From assembly GCF_963676685.1 (NCBI RefSeq), contig NC_092351.1:14632001-14696000 (forward strand): 64,000 bases of DNA, in the 5' to 3' direction. A model generated the notes under the pieces. It was not told where the DNA came from, did no database searches, and saw nothing but the letters and a program-made list of their open reading frames with translations. Of the stretch, positions 36,509 through 46,945 are shown piece after piece (the first letter of the stretch is position 1; each line of letters opens with the position of its first letter). The position numbers were made by a program, and so were the translations under genes. The stretch is from Mytilus edulis (taxonomy: Eukaryota).

Positions 36509-38322
36509 AACTAGAGGCTCTAAAGAGCCTGTGTCGCTCACCTTAGTCTATGTGAATATTAAACAAAAGAAACAGATGGATTCATGACAAAATTGTATTT
36601 GGTGAAGGTGATGTGTTTGTACATCTTACTTTACTGAACATTCTTGCTGCTTACAATTATCTCTTTCTATAATGAACTTGGCCCAGTAGTTTCAGTGGAA
36701 AATGTTAGTAAAAATTTACAAATTTTATGAAAATTGTTAAAAATTGACTACAAAGGACAATAACTCCTTAGGGGGTCAATTGACCATTTTGGTCATGTTG
36801 ACTTAATTTTAGGTCTTACTTTGCTGTACATTATTACTGTTTACAGTTTATCTCTATCTATAAAAATATTCAAGATAATAACAAAAACAGCAAAATTTCC
36901 TTACAATTACCAATTCAGGGGCAGCAACCCAAGAACGGGTTGTCCGATTCATCTGAAAATTTCAGGGCAGTTAGATCTTGACCTGATAAACAATTTAACC
37001 GACGTAAGATTTGCTCTAAATGCTTTGGTTTTTGAGTTATAAGCCAAAAACTGCATTTTACTCCTATGTTCTATTTTTAGCCATGACGGACCTCTTGGTT
37101 AGTTGGCGGGTCACCGGACATAATTTTTAAACTAAATACCCCAAAGATGATTGTGGCCAAGTTTGGATTAATTTGGCCCAGTAGTTTAAGAGGAGAAGAT
37201 TTTTGTAAAAGATTTCAAAGATTTACGAAAAATGGTTAAAAATTGACTATAAAGGGCAATTAATCCTAAAGGGGTCAACTGACCATTTCGGTCATGTTGA
37301 CTTGTTTGTAAATCTTACTTTGCTGAACATCATTGCTGTTTACAGTTTATCTCTATCTATAATAATATTCAAGATAATAACCAAAAACAGCAAAATTTCC
37401 TTATAATTACCAATTCATGGGCAGCAACCCAAGAACGGGTTCTCCGATTCATCTGAAAATTTCAGGGCAGAAAGATCTTGACCTGATAAACAATTTTACC
37501 GACGTACGATTTGCTCTGAATGCTTTGGTTTTTGAGTTATAAGCCAAAAACTGGATTTTACCCATATGTTCTATTTTTAGCCATGGCGGCCATTTTGGTT
37601 GGTTGGCCGGGTCACCGGACACATTTTTTAAACTAGAAACCCCAATAATGATTGTGGCCAAGTTTGGTTTAATTTGGCCCAGTAGTTTTAGAGGAGAAGA
37701 TTTTTGTAAAAGATTTCAAAGATTTACGAAAAATGGTTAAAAATTGACTATAAAGGGCAATAAATCCTAAAGGGGTCAACTGACCATTTCGGTCATGTTG
37801 ACTTGTTTGTAAATCTTACTTTGCTGAACATCATTGCTGTTTACAGTTTATCTCTATCTATAATAATATTCAAGATAATAACCAAAAACAGCAAAATTTC
37901 CTTATAATTACCAATTCATGGGCAGCAACCCAAGAACGGGTTCTCCGATTCATCTGAAAATTTCAGGGCAGAAAGATCTTGACCTGATAAACAATTTTAC
38001 CGACGTACGATTTGCTCTGAATGCTTTGGTTTTTGAGTTATAAGCCAAAAACTGGATTTTACCCATATGTTCTATTTTTAGCCATGGCGGCCATTTTGGT
38101 TGGTTGGCCGGGTCACCGGACACATTTTTTAAACTAGATACCCCAATAATGATTGTGGCCAAGTTTGGTTTAATTTGGCCCAGTAGTTTCAGAGGAGAAG
38201 ATTTTTGTAAAAGTTAACAGACGACGACGACGACGACGGACGACGACGACGACGACGACGACGGACGACGACGCAAAGTGATGAGAAAAGCTCACATGGC
38301 CCTTCGGGCCAGGTGAGCTAAA
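36509..38322. mobile_element. Helentron/HINE-like (pearl/DTC84-type) non-autonomous element carrying ~3.1 central 501-bp tandem repeats
   Basis: Terminal hairpin AGGCTCTAAAGAGCCT, subTIR GCTCACCT/AGGTGAGC, repeat starts at 36678, 37173, 37674 and 38175, a (GAC/GGAC)n microsatellite at 38219-38274, end palindrome GCTCACATGGCCC-TTC-GGGCCAGGTGAGC, and A-rich flanks. Confidence 0.85.
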
Positions 38323-39873
38323 AATTAACTACTTTGAAAACGTCTATGAAGCAACAGGTCTTTATAAGAAATAAAATTGTTTGCGTTTTACACAAAAGAA
38401 GTTGACTCGAATAGCGAAGAATACAACATAGTACAATAGATCGCATCAACCACAGCACATGTGTGGTTTGACGTGCTCGTGATATCACCGGAATAACTAT
38501 TATAACATTTGTTTGGTATATGTACTGTAAATAATTATGCGTAATTAGATATTTTACACTTTACGTTACCCAAACCGGATTCTTATTCAAAAAGTAATAA
38601 GAAAAAAAATCAATCATACTCATTTTGGAATTGAGCTTAACGGAAAACTTAACGGCTATGCCAGAACGATAAAATATTGTAGGAAATGTGGAACACTTTT
38701 GTGGATATTGCTAATATAAGATAAACCAAAGCTTAGTCATTAGTTCATGTAAAACTGTATACATCCTGCAATCGACTTTTGTAAAAGACAGATACAGAAT
38801 GTCAGATAAGATGAACCGATAAACGTATACAAAACATTTATAGTCTCTTGGTATCCTGTTTTTGTTGCGATCAAACTGTTATGTTCGAATAGCAGTTTAC
38901 GTAACAGTTCAGTTTTGGGTTAACGTTGTATTTGGCAAAATATTTCTGTTGATGGTTGTACTCAATGCTCTTCATCTTTGTTACTTTTTAGCTTTTAAAA
39001 TATTTAATTCGATCAAATGTCGATTGAAGATAAAAAGCAGGTTTCGCGTACAAAAATTTAAGTGTATTTAAGTCATGTGAATTTCATTCAGCAATGATTT
39101 GAATGCAGACACTTATATATTTAACCTCAATGTTAAGTTGCGGGATACAAATAGCATGTACAGCGTAGGAAAATATGTAAAAAGTAAAATCACAAAAATA
39201 CTGAACTCCGAGGAAAATCAAAAGTGAAAGTACCTAATCAAATAGTAAAATCAAAAGCTCAAACAAATCAAATGAATGGATCACAACTGTCATATTCCTG
39301 ACTTGGTACATGCTTTTTTTTATGTAGCAAATGGTGAATTAAACCTGGTTGTTTAGCTAACTTAACCTCTCACTTGTAATACTTGCTTAATCTCTGACGT
39401 GCATGACAGCAGCATCAAATTCCATTAAATTGTCAACGATACGAGAACAAAACAAATAGACATAATAGGTAAAAATGTCAAAAATAGGGATACAGCAGTC
39501 AACATTGTGTTTTAATCTTAATCACCAAAAACACAATTGTATGTAATTTATGTGTGATTGCTGAAAAAAACAAGAACAGCTCGGAGAGCCTCGTTTTTTT
39601 TCTCTGATATAAAGCTCGTGGTACATGACATAATTTTAAAAAGTAAAATCACAAAGATACTGACCTCAAAGGAAAAATTCAAAACGGAAAGTCCCTAATC
39701 AAATGGCAAAATTAAAGGTTCAAACGCATCAAACGAATAAATAACAACTGTCATATTTCTGACTTGGTAAGAATGTAAAAACAATTCAAACAAGAAAACT
39801 AAATGTCTTGTTTATAACAAAGTGATTTACGATAAGTAAATATAACAGACATGAATTTGATATAAGACGGTTT

Positions 39874-40334
39874 AGGTGTAATACCTTGATTTTCGCCTAT
39901 TAGTCTTTGTTAAATTGGCACTTTCAAAAAAATTGTACAGTATTTACCTTTATTTCAACCAAAGAAATATTTTGCATGTATAAAGTTTAATCCTTTCCAG
40001 TGCTACAGTGAAAATTTCACACTACATTTCATTGCATATAGGAAAGTAACCATCACCGGAAGTTAACAACCCAATTTTTACACTGTTATTTACTGGTTAC
40101 CTGCTTTGGTAACTATGTAACCTTAAGTTTCCAAAATATTTTATAAGACAATCAAATAAAAAAAGAATGAAGCTTTCAGAAACCCAACATACATGTTTAT
40201 GACTCAGAAAAATTTAAGTGCATTGAAATGCAGGGTTAATTTTCTACAACTGTCAAATTCAAGGGAATATTTTTTTAGACCTACTTTCGTACACAACCGG
40301 ATGTGACGTACCATGATTTGGTGGTATTACACCT
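39874..40334. mobile_element. MITE with 12-bp TIR
   Basis: AGGTGTAATACC ... GGTATTACACCT in T/A-rich flanks. Confidence 0.65.
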
Positions 40335-40507
40335 TTATATTCCTAACGTTTCAGTCCTTTTTGGTTGTTTAAACAATTCAATCTTTTTGTTTTAATTTCT
40401 AGATAAAAACTATCACTTATAAAATGATGATCTCAATAATTATTATGTTAAAAAATGACATCCAGTAACTGTATACCATAGATAACATAGTTTGATAATA
40501 TTTACAG

Positions 40508-40537
40508 AGTTAATAGAAGGTACAGTTTTAGATTACG
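40508..40537 (+). CDS. Gene 2 micro-exon (ELIEGTVLDY)
   Basis: TTTACAG|30 nt|GTAAGT, phase 1-1. It completes a plausible signal cleavage site (IEG). Confidence 0.6.
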
Positions 40538-40957
40538 GTAAGTCTATTTTCCTTTTTTTTTATATCATCTACTTCTTTTCTAATGACAAGTGTTTAGCCT
40601 TTAGTATTGATCATTTTATTATTTTATTGTTATCATGAGGACAACAGTTGTTAAATATGTGTTTTAGAATGTCTTGTATTGGTTGTTATATTTTAATTAT
40701 CCATGTTTCTTGTTTTTGTAAAATCAATGAAACTATACAAACAATCTATTGGTGTTGAAATATTAACTATTTTGTCGTTGAGAAATCTCGGTTCGAAAGT
40801 CAATGCCTGTCGGTTCAAATCCTGGCTGATGCATTCTTTGTTCGTTTTATATACCGTTTTAGGGGGAACAGGAGTGTGTTGTTTGTTTGTTAATTATTGA
40901 ATTTTGTGTACCTATATATTATATGTATATATGTTTTCTTTCTTTAAATTATTTTAG

Positions 40958-41138
40958 GTCACTTCGGAACAGGAGTTTTGAAAAGAAATTATGCTATCAT
41001 GACAAATGTGTCGTGGACAGATGCTTTTGATCTTTGTCTACAGGAATATCCCCCAGATGGACGACTATTCAGGAAGTTCTCAGCCAGAACAATACATCAT
41101 CTGATGCATGATAGATTGATACTGAAACAAAATAATTG
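40958..41138 (+). CDS. Gene 2 exon: C-type lectin N-terminal half
   Basis: HFGTGVLKRNYAIMTNVSWTDAFDLCLQEYPPDGRLF...LKQNNW, a clear paralog of 20153-20330 with the same splice phases. Confidence 0.85.
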
Positions 41139-41389
41139 GTGAGACAAAAAGCTTGCTATTGTATGTGATACCCTATTATAGTACTGATTGAGAACGACAT
41201 AAATACTATCACTTTTGTCAAAACAACAGGAGATGAAGGTATTTAGAATACGTTGATTGATAATGTGGCTATCCCGTTTTGGGTATCATGCCTGTCACCT
41301 CGAGAGAATCGAAAAAAAATAATTTAAAAAAATGAATAGAACACTTCAAATTATAAGTAAAAAAAACCAATGAGGGTTGTTTGACAACT

Positions 41390-41617
41390 AAACATGACGA
41401 CAAAAAGATGAATTCAGCTACTTAATTGTGAACGTTCCATTTCTATGTAGCAACATTCCAACAGTACCTGCTATGAAGTATATATCTCCGAGTTGATATG
41501 ATATTTCAATAGTTGTGTTTTCTATCATAATTTCTTTGATGTAGATTTGCTTTTCAAAAAATCTATTAAAGAAAGAGTTCTAATTGGTGATATTGAAATC
41601 ACCACTTCGAAAATTTT
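41390..41617 (+). mobile_element. Decayed Penelope-like RT fragment (smaller piece also at 25690-25738)
   Basis: ATTGTGAACGTTCCATTTCTATGTAGCAACATTCCAACAGTACCTGC matches the IVNFPFLSSNIPAAPAYG region. Confidence 0.75.
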
Positions 41618-42164
41618 CTTCGTGTGTAAGGTTTTTATTCTGACCAAACGGTGAATGTCTTAGGGTGGTCATATTTTTTTACCCAGTCAAATCCTGTCGG
41701 TTAACCAAGAATGACCTGAAATGAATACTGACATTTGTGTGAAATGTTTAAATTTAATTTTCAGTAGTTTATCTCATAATTACGTTCTTGATATTTTGGA
41801 TGGAGAGTTGTCTCGGTGGATCTCATACCACACATTCTAATTTATCTATTATTTACGTTTTATTTTGTGTTCCTCGTCAAATTGGCATATATTGTTTTGT
41901 TGTAGGTCTAGTATGGATCTTTATCCTAAATTTGTGCTTCGTTTCATCCACTTTTTTCTTAATTTGTGACGTCTGATTGTATCTAGTCTCAACATTAGTT
42001 GTCGAAGAAATCGATCTATTGAACAAATGTCATGTTTACAGAAATTTTTCTAGATTACCTTTCTTGTTACAATTCTATCAAATATATTACGAGTAATAGT
42101 TATCGATTCTCACAGATTTCTAAATATTTTTGCCTTAAGTTTGATTCCAAAGAAACCTTTATTT

Positions 42165-42345
42165 TAGATTACATTAGCCGTATTTGGCACAACTTTTTAG
42201 AATTTTGGATCCTCAATGTTCTTAAACTTTGTACTTGTTTGGCTTTATAAATATTTTCGATATGAGCGTCACTGATGAGTCTTATGTAGAACAAACGCGC
42301 GTCTGGCGTACTAAATTTTAATCCTGGTACCTTTGATAACTATTA
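42165..42345 (+). mobile_element. Retrozyme 3' fragment with inactivated hammerhead (42266-42309)
   Basis: Matches 29288-29453, but AGACGAAAC is changed to AGAACAAAC, destroying C11.1/G12. Confidence 0.85.
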
Positions 42346-42589
42346 TTGTACTTGCATCGCCTTTTTATATACTAATTTCAAAGAAAAAGGTTTAAAAAAC
42401 TTGTAGAGGACCACTACCATTCGGAGGTCAATTGCTTCTAAAGATAAGCCCTTATAGTCTGGCAATTTTAAATAAGTGTACAATTAGCACTGATTTCACA
42501 TCTTTGTATATACACTGAGCGCATTAATTCTCAACTTAAACGCAGAATGAATCAAAGTAAAGTGTGGCTCATAATATAACATTAAACGT

Positions 42590-42792
42590 ATCAATTTTCC
42601 GGCACCAGAGGCGCAATTAGACAATACATGTCTCTTTAGTGATGCTCGTGGCCAAAATAGTTCAAATCCAAAGCATTTATAAAAGATGAAGAGCTATAAC
42701 CCAAAAGGTCCAAAAAGTATAGCCAAATCCGTGAAAGGAATCAGAGCTTTGCATAAGGGCGATACATTCCTTAATTTATAATAATTTCTATC
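42590..42792 (-). mobile_element. Third retrozyme-like family with degenerate hammerhead (42602-42645)
   Basis: Reverse complement: GCATCA CTAAAGA GACA TGTAT TGTC TAAT T GCGC CTC TGGTGC. Stems I and II are intact and the core is mutated. Confidence 0.6.
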
Positions 42793-43221
42793 ACTACAGA
42801 TATCTTTATATTTCATTAACCTTTTTTTCATTTCTCCAAATGTGTTTGCTAGTTGACATATTCACTGACATCGAAGGCACATTTTTTGTCAGTGCATTGG
42901 ACACATTATTATGTTCTCGATTGGGGTCAGTGAATTTGTGGTTCAACATCTATTATTAAGACACAAGTCATCGTACTCCCTCTAACAATAGGAAAAATAT
43001 AATTTAAATACTTAGTTGGTAATCCAGGAGTTCAATGGTGACATGACTGTGCCATTTTAGACCTTGGGAACCGGAAAAAAAGAGCATGTACTCAATTAAA
43101 CATTTGTTTGACATGATCTTAAGCTGGATTCAAACAAGGAATGCAAGGAATTTAAAAATTCATTTTTCGGGGGTAAACGTTTGCAAGTAACTTTAATTTT
43201 TCTTCTTCATAAAATACAAAG

Positions 43222-43308
43222 GCATAAACTATGGTGTTACGATACAGTCATTAACTACTGGAAATATAAAAAATACAGAGCAAGCATTCAACGTAATCCA
43301 CACACACG
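43222..43308 (+). CDS. Gene 2 stalk exon (GINYGVTIQSLTTGNIKNTEQAFNVIHTH)
   Basis: Paralog of 24251-24346. In-frame donor at 43309 (GTTGGT); the alternative donor at 43325 is out of frame. Confidence 0.55.
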
Positions 43309-44714
43309 GTTGGTGATACTACAGGTAAAACCTTTGACGATGAATCAAAAATGAAAAAGGAGTGAACAACTAACTGATATCATTCATACACAAAGGATCA
43401 CTTTATAAATTTTTAAACACATGCTTTACTTAATTATTGGATAAAACTCATTGTTTATTATTTGGTCTACCGATGATGCCTTTTATTTTATCCATATCAG
43501 GTTTTGAAATTCATTAACTACTAATACATTCTAGAGACCATATTCACCTATCTTTGTCAAAAACGACAGAAATCTGTATTTTGCTCGATTGTTCATTGTT
43601 CGAGCTTTTTATTGTAGCCATTAATATTTGGTACCATTAAAACGTTTAATCCCGCTGCAAATGTTTTCACCTGTCCTAAGTCAGGAATCTGATGTACAGT
43701 AGTTGTCGTCTGTATATGTAGTTCATACGTGTTTCTTTTTTCTCGTTTTTATATAGATTAGACCGTTGGTTTTCCCGTTTTAATGGTTTTACTCTAGTAA
43801 TTTTTGAGGCCCTTTATAGCTTGTTGTTCGGTGTGAGCCAAGGCTCCGTGTTGAAGGCCGTACCTTGACCTTTAATGGTTTACTTTTATAAATTGTTATT
43901 TGGATGGAGAGTTGTCTCATTGGCACTCAAACTACATCTTCCTATATCTCTTTATATTTAATGTTTTATATTCTATCGCCTATGATGAGTCTTGTGTGCG
44001 TACAGAATGTTTTGACTGGTATTTAGTATGAGTTTATTTGCACGATTGAAGACCCCCCTCCCAAATTGAAGTTATGAACAACTAAACTTTAATATAGCAT
44101 AATAAATTCATGCTGTAAAGAATAAGTTTAGGTAACACAGAGATTTGACAACTAAATGATATCGAAACATATATGTTTACAGAAAGAAAATTTGAATTAA
44201 AAATCTAAATATGAGTTCCTTACATCTTAACTTGAAGAAGACAACTGTTGAACTAAACTGCATCACGAGCCTTGGATTCTTCTTAATATTTCGTATGAAA
44301 TTACCAAGCAAAATATTACTCAGTTACTTCTGTTGCAGCATTTTATATAAGCTTGAGGCGGAAGATACTAAACGGATAGTATGACAAATGAGTCGAAAAT
44401 CTACTGACAATTCCATAACGAAAAAAGACCACAAGACAAACCAGAATCTACAAAACACATAGAAAACTGAAGACAAAATAACAGGAACCCCACCAAAAGC
44501 CGATGGTGATCTTATGTGCTCCGAAAGATTTCATCGAGGGCTTCTCTCACTTTTGCCCTATATGAAATTAACTGACCCCGTATATATCGTTTTCCTCATA
44601 TTAGTCATCGCTTTAATTGTTTATTGTAGATCATTTCAGATATGAAACATAATTTATGTGATGAGTTCCTGTTATACATGTCTCATTAATCGAACACTAT
44701 TTGTTATCCCGCAG

Positions 44715-45169
44715 GTTCTATCACGCCACAGAGCAGTTCGCCAATCAGATCTTTTTTGATTTCGAGCATAACTACACAAGAACCTATTTTACCTCTGACC
44801 AATACTCCTACAAGTTCTATTATGGCTCAGAGCAGTAGTCCTACAATGTCTGAATTAACGCAGACAGGTACTACGTCTGGATCCATCTCAAACAGTACTT
44901 CTACAGTTTGTGAACGCACGTGTATTCCTCCAAACTTTACTCCGAGCAACGCTTCCCAGTTAGTATTCTCTGATTTGCATGTAAACAAAAAACGGTTAAC
45001 ATCATATCGTCGCCGCTTTATTTCAATTGCTGACGATAGGTTTTCTACCATGGTAATAGGGTGGTCCAGTGGGTTTATAATATTAATAGCTGTATTGATG
45101 ATTATTTTACCAGATATTGTTTATGTGATGAAAGCAGCAAGAATAATGATCTGCTCTAAAGGAATATAA
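44715..45169 (+). CDS. Gene 2 terminal exon: S/T-rich stalk, conserved juxtamembrane motif and TM
   Basis: CCCGCAG| ... CERTC...DLHVNKKRLTSYRRRFISIADDRFSTMVIGWSSGFIILIAVLMIILPDIV...; AATAAA at 45225. Confidence 0.85.
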
Positions 45170-45436
45170 ACAGCTACTGTAATATGTAATATCAATGACG
45201 GGCTTATTATTATTTTTTTCTCAAAATAAAATTGTTACTTTTAGTTTGATATATGTCTATCCCAAAAAAATCATCATGTATTATGAAACTGAATTCGTGA
45301 TTAACAAAAAAGAGTGAAAAAAAGAGGCAGAAGATCTCAATAATTTGATCAAAATCAAATTAAGTCCACGAAAAGTTGACAAATAAAAACGAAAACGACT
45401 CAAAGACGAACAAGTGTCTACAAAACACAACAGTAT

Positions 45437-46395
45437 AAAAGAGGGACGAGAGATTCCAAAGGGACCGTCAAACTCATAAATCTAAAACAAACTGACAACG
45501 CCATGGCTAAAAATGAAAAAGACAAACAGAAAAACAATAGTACACATGACACAACATAGAAAACTAAAGAATAAACAACACGAACCCCACCACAAACTAG
45601 GGGTGATCTCAGGTGCTCCGGAAGGGTAAGCAGATCCTGCTCCACATGTGGCACCCGTCGTGTTGCTTATGTGATTACAAATCCGGTAAATAGTCTAATT
45701 CGGTAGGTCACATCCATGAAAGGGAAGGGGATTGTAGTTACGACGTAAAGAAGCTATCCGATATCATTTGTGAAACGGTTATTCCATAACGGTCAACCAA
45801 CTCGTGATGGCGTCCGTAAAATTTACGAAGGGATGATTTCAACTTCACCATTTGGAACTCTTGGTTTAATAGCTTCCTTGTGAGCAGTAACCCTCTATCA
45901 AGAAAATCATGATAGGAAATGCAAGCACGGGAATATCGTATCAATTGGGAGATATATACCCCGTATGCAGGTGCTGCTGGAATGTTGCTACTTAGAAATG
46001 GAAAGTTCACAATTGGAAAGCTGAAATCATCTCTTTTGTCGTAAAGTTTTGTTTTCAACCGACCCTCATTGTCAATTTCTAGATGTAAGTCAAGATATGA
46101 AGCCGACTTAACTGTATCTGTAGTATCCTTTATCTCCAATTCGATGGGATAGATGCGTTCCACATAGTCACAAAATTTTGAATTGTTTAGTGAAAGAACG
46201 TCATCTATATAGCGGAAAGTAGAGTTAAAGGATATAGCTAACTTCTTATCTTTCTTCCTAAGAAGTTCCTGCATGAAGTCAGCCTCATAATAATAAAGAA
46301 ACAAGTCGGCAAGTAGAGGGGCACAGTTTGTTCCCATTGGGATGCCGACAGTCTGTTGAAAAACACGTCCTCCGAACGTTACAAATATGTTGTCA
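45437..46395 (-). mobile_element. Penelope-like retroelement (Naiad-like), 5'-truncated, uninterrupted RT C-terminal half plus 3' pLTR
   Basis: ORF 45738-46427: FQQTVGIPMGTNCAPLLADLFL...FRYIDDVL...SYLDL...KLYDKRDDF. The stop directly follows the thumb, with no C-terminal endonuclease. Confidence 0.9.
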
Positions 46396-46684
46396 GTAAA
46401 TTGTAACATGCAGCCATGTTTTAGCATAAATCTTAAAAATAAACAAATTTGCTCTTACCGGAATGTTCTTTCAATACAGAACATAATTTCTTAAAGATAA
46501 GATAAGATAAAAGGAGACTACAATAGTATTAAATTTTCCTGGAATTAGTTGACCTTTTCTCTACTGAGATGAAGGGATATAAAATAAGTGTAACATTTGT
46601 TTTAGTTCATATTTTAAAAACTGCAGTTTGAACTCTTATATAATAAAATTGGAAAAAAAGTAACATCACAAAAAAATCAACTAC

Positions 46685-46945
46685 GCGGTGGCTGAGTGGT
46701 TTAAGTATGCCAACTACTTTATTTATTGGCTGTCCATACTGCGATTGTGATTTCGAATCCCGAATTATAGGAGTTGCTCGACTCCAATTTTGATAGAATA
46801 TGAATGTCAGTTTTCCTACCGAACGTTTGTAGTTCTATCCGGTAGCGCTGTCATCCTCCAACAATCAAAACTGAACCCCACGAAATAGCAAACTAATGTT
46901 GAAAGTGACGTTCAACAGCTTCATGTATCGATCAATCAATCAAAT
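46685..46945 (+). mobile_element. tRNA-derived V-SINE-like element (partial copy 47820-47985; split minus copy 9805-9842 and 10738-10895)
   Basis: A box GGTGGCTGAGTGG, B box TTCGAATCCC, a TTCT.TCCGG...TCCTCCA.CAAT.AAAACTGA V-domain-like segment and an (ATCA)n tail. Confidence 0.65.

Larger units (their letters stand above)
36168..45169 (+). pseudogene. Gene 2: tandem paralog of gene 1, apparently lacking the second CTL exon and the PAN exon (probable pseudogene or incomplete model)
   Basis: Exons 36168-36231 (signal), 40508-40537 (30-nt micro-exon), 40958-41138 (CTL N-half, ends in phase 2), 43222-43308 (GINYG stalk, starts in phase 1) and 44715-45169 (TM exon). No intact WLG/FLC or PAN exon was found in 41139-43221. 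Confidence 0.6.

Noticed and set aside
37449-38162. Two identical 70-aa ORFs
   Set aside because: They arise from the 501-bp tandem units of the Helentron-like element and have no coding hallmarks.
42895-43112. Possible relic of the missing CTL exon (PGVQW*HDCAILDLGNRKKRACTQLNIC)
   Set aside because: Cys spacing is suggestive, but there are several stops, no WLG and no clear splice sites. It is too weak without an alignment test.
45418-45654. Hydrophobic ORF recurring at 33917 and 58171
   Set aside because: It is the T-rich 3' pLTR/UTR of the Penelope-like element, recurring because the repeat does.
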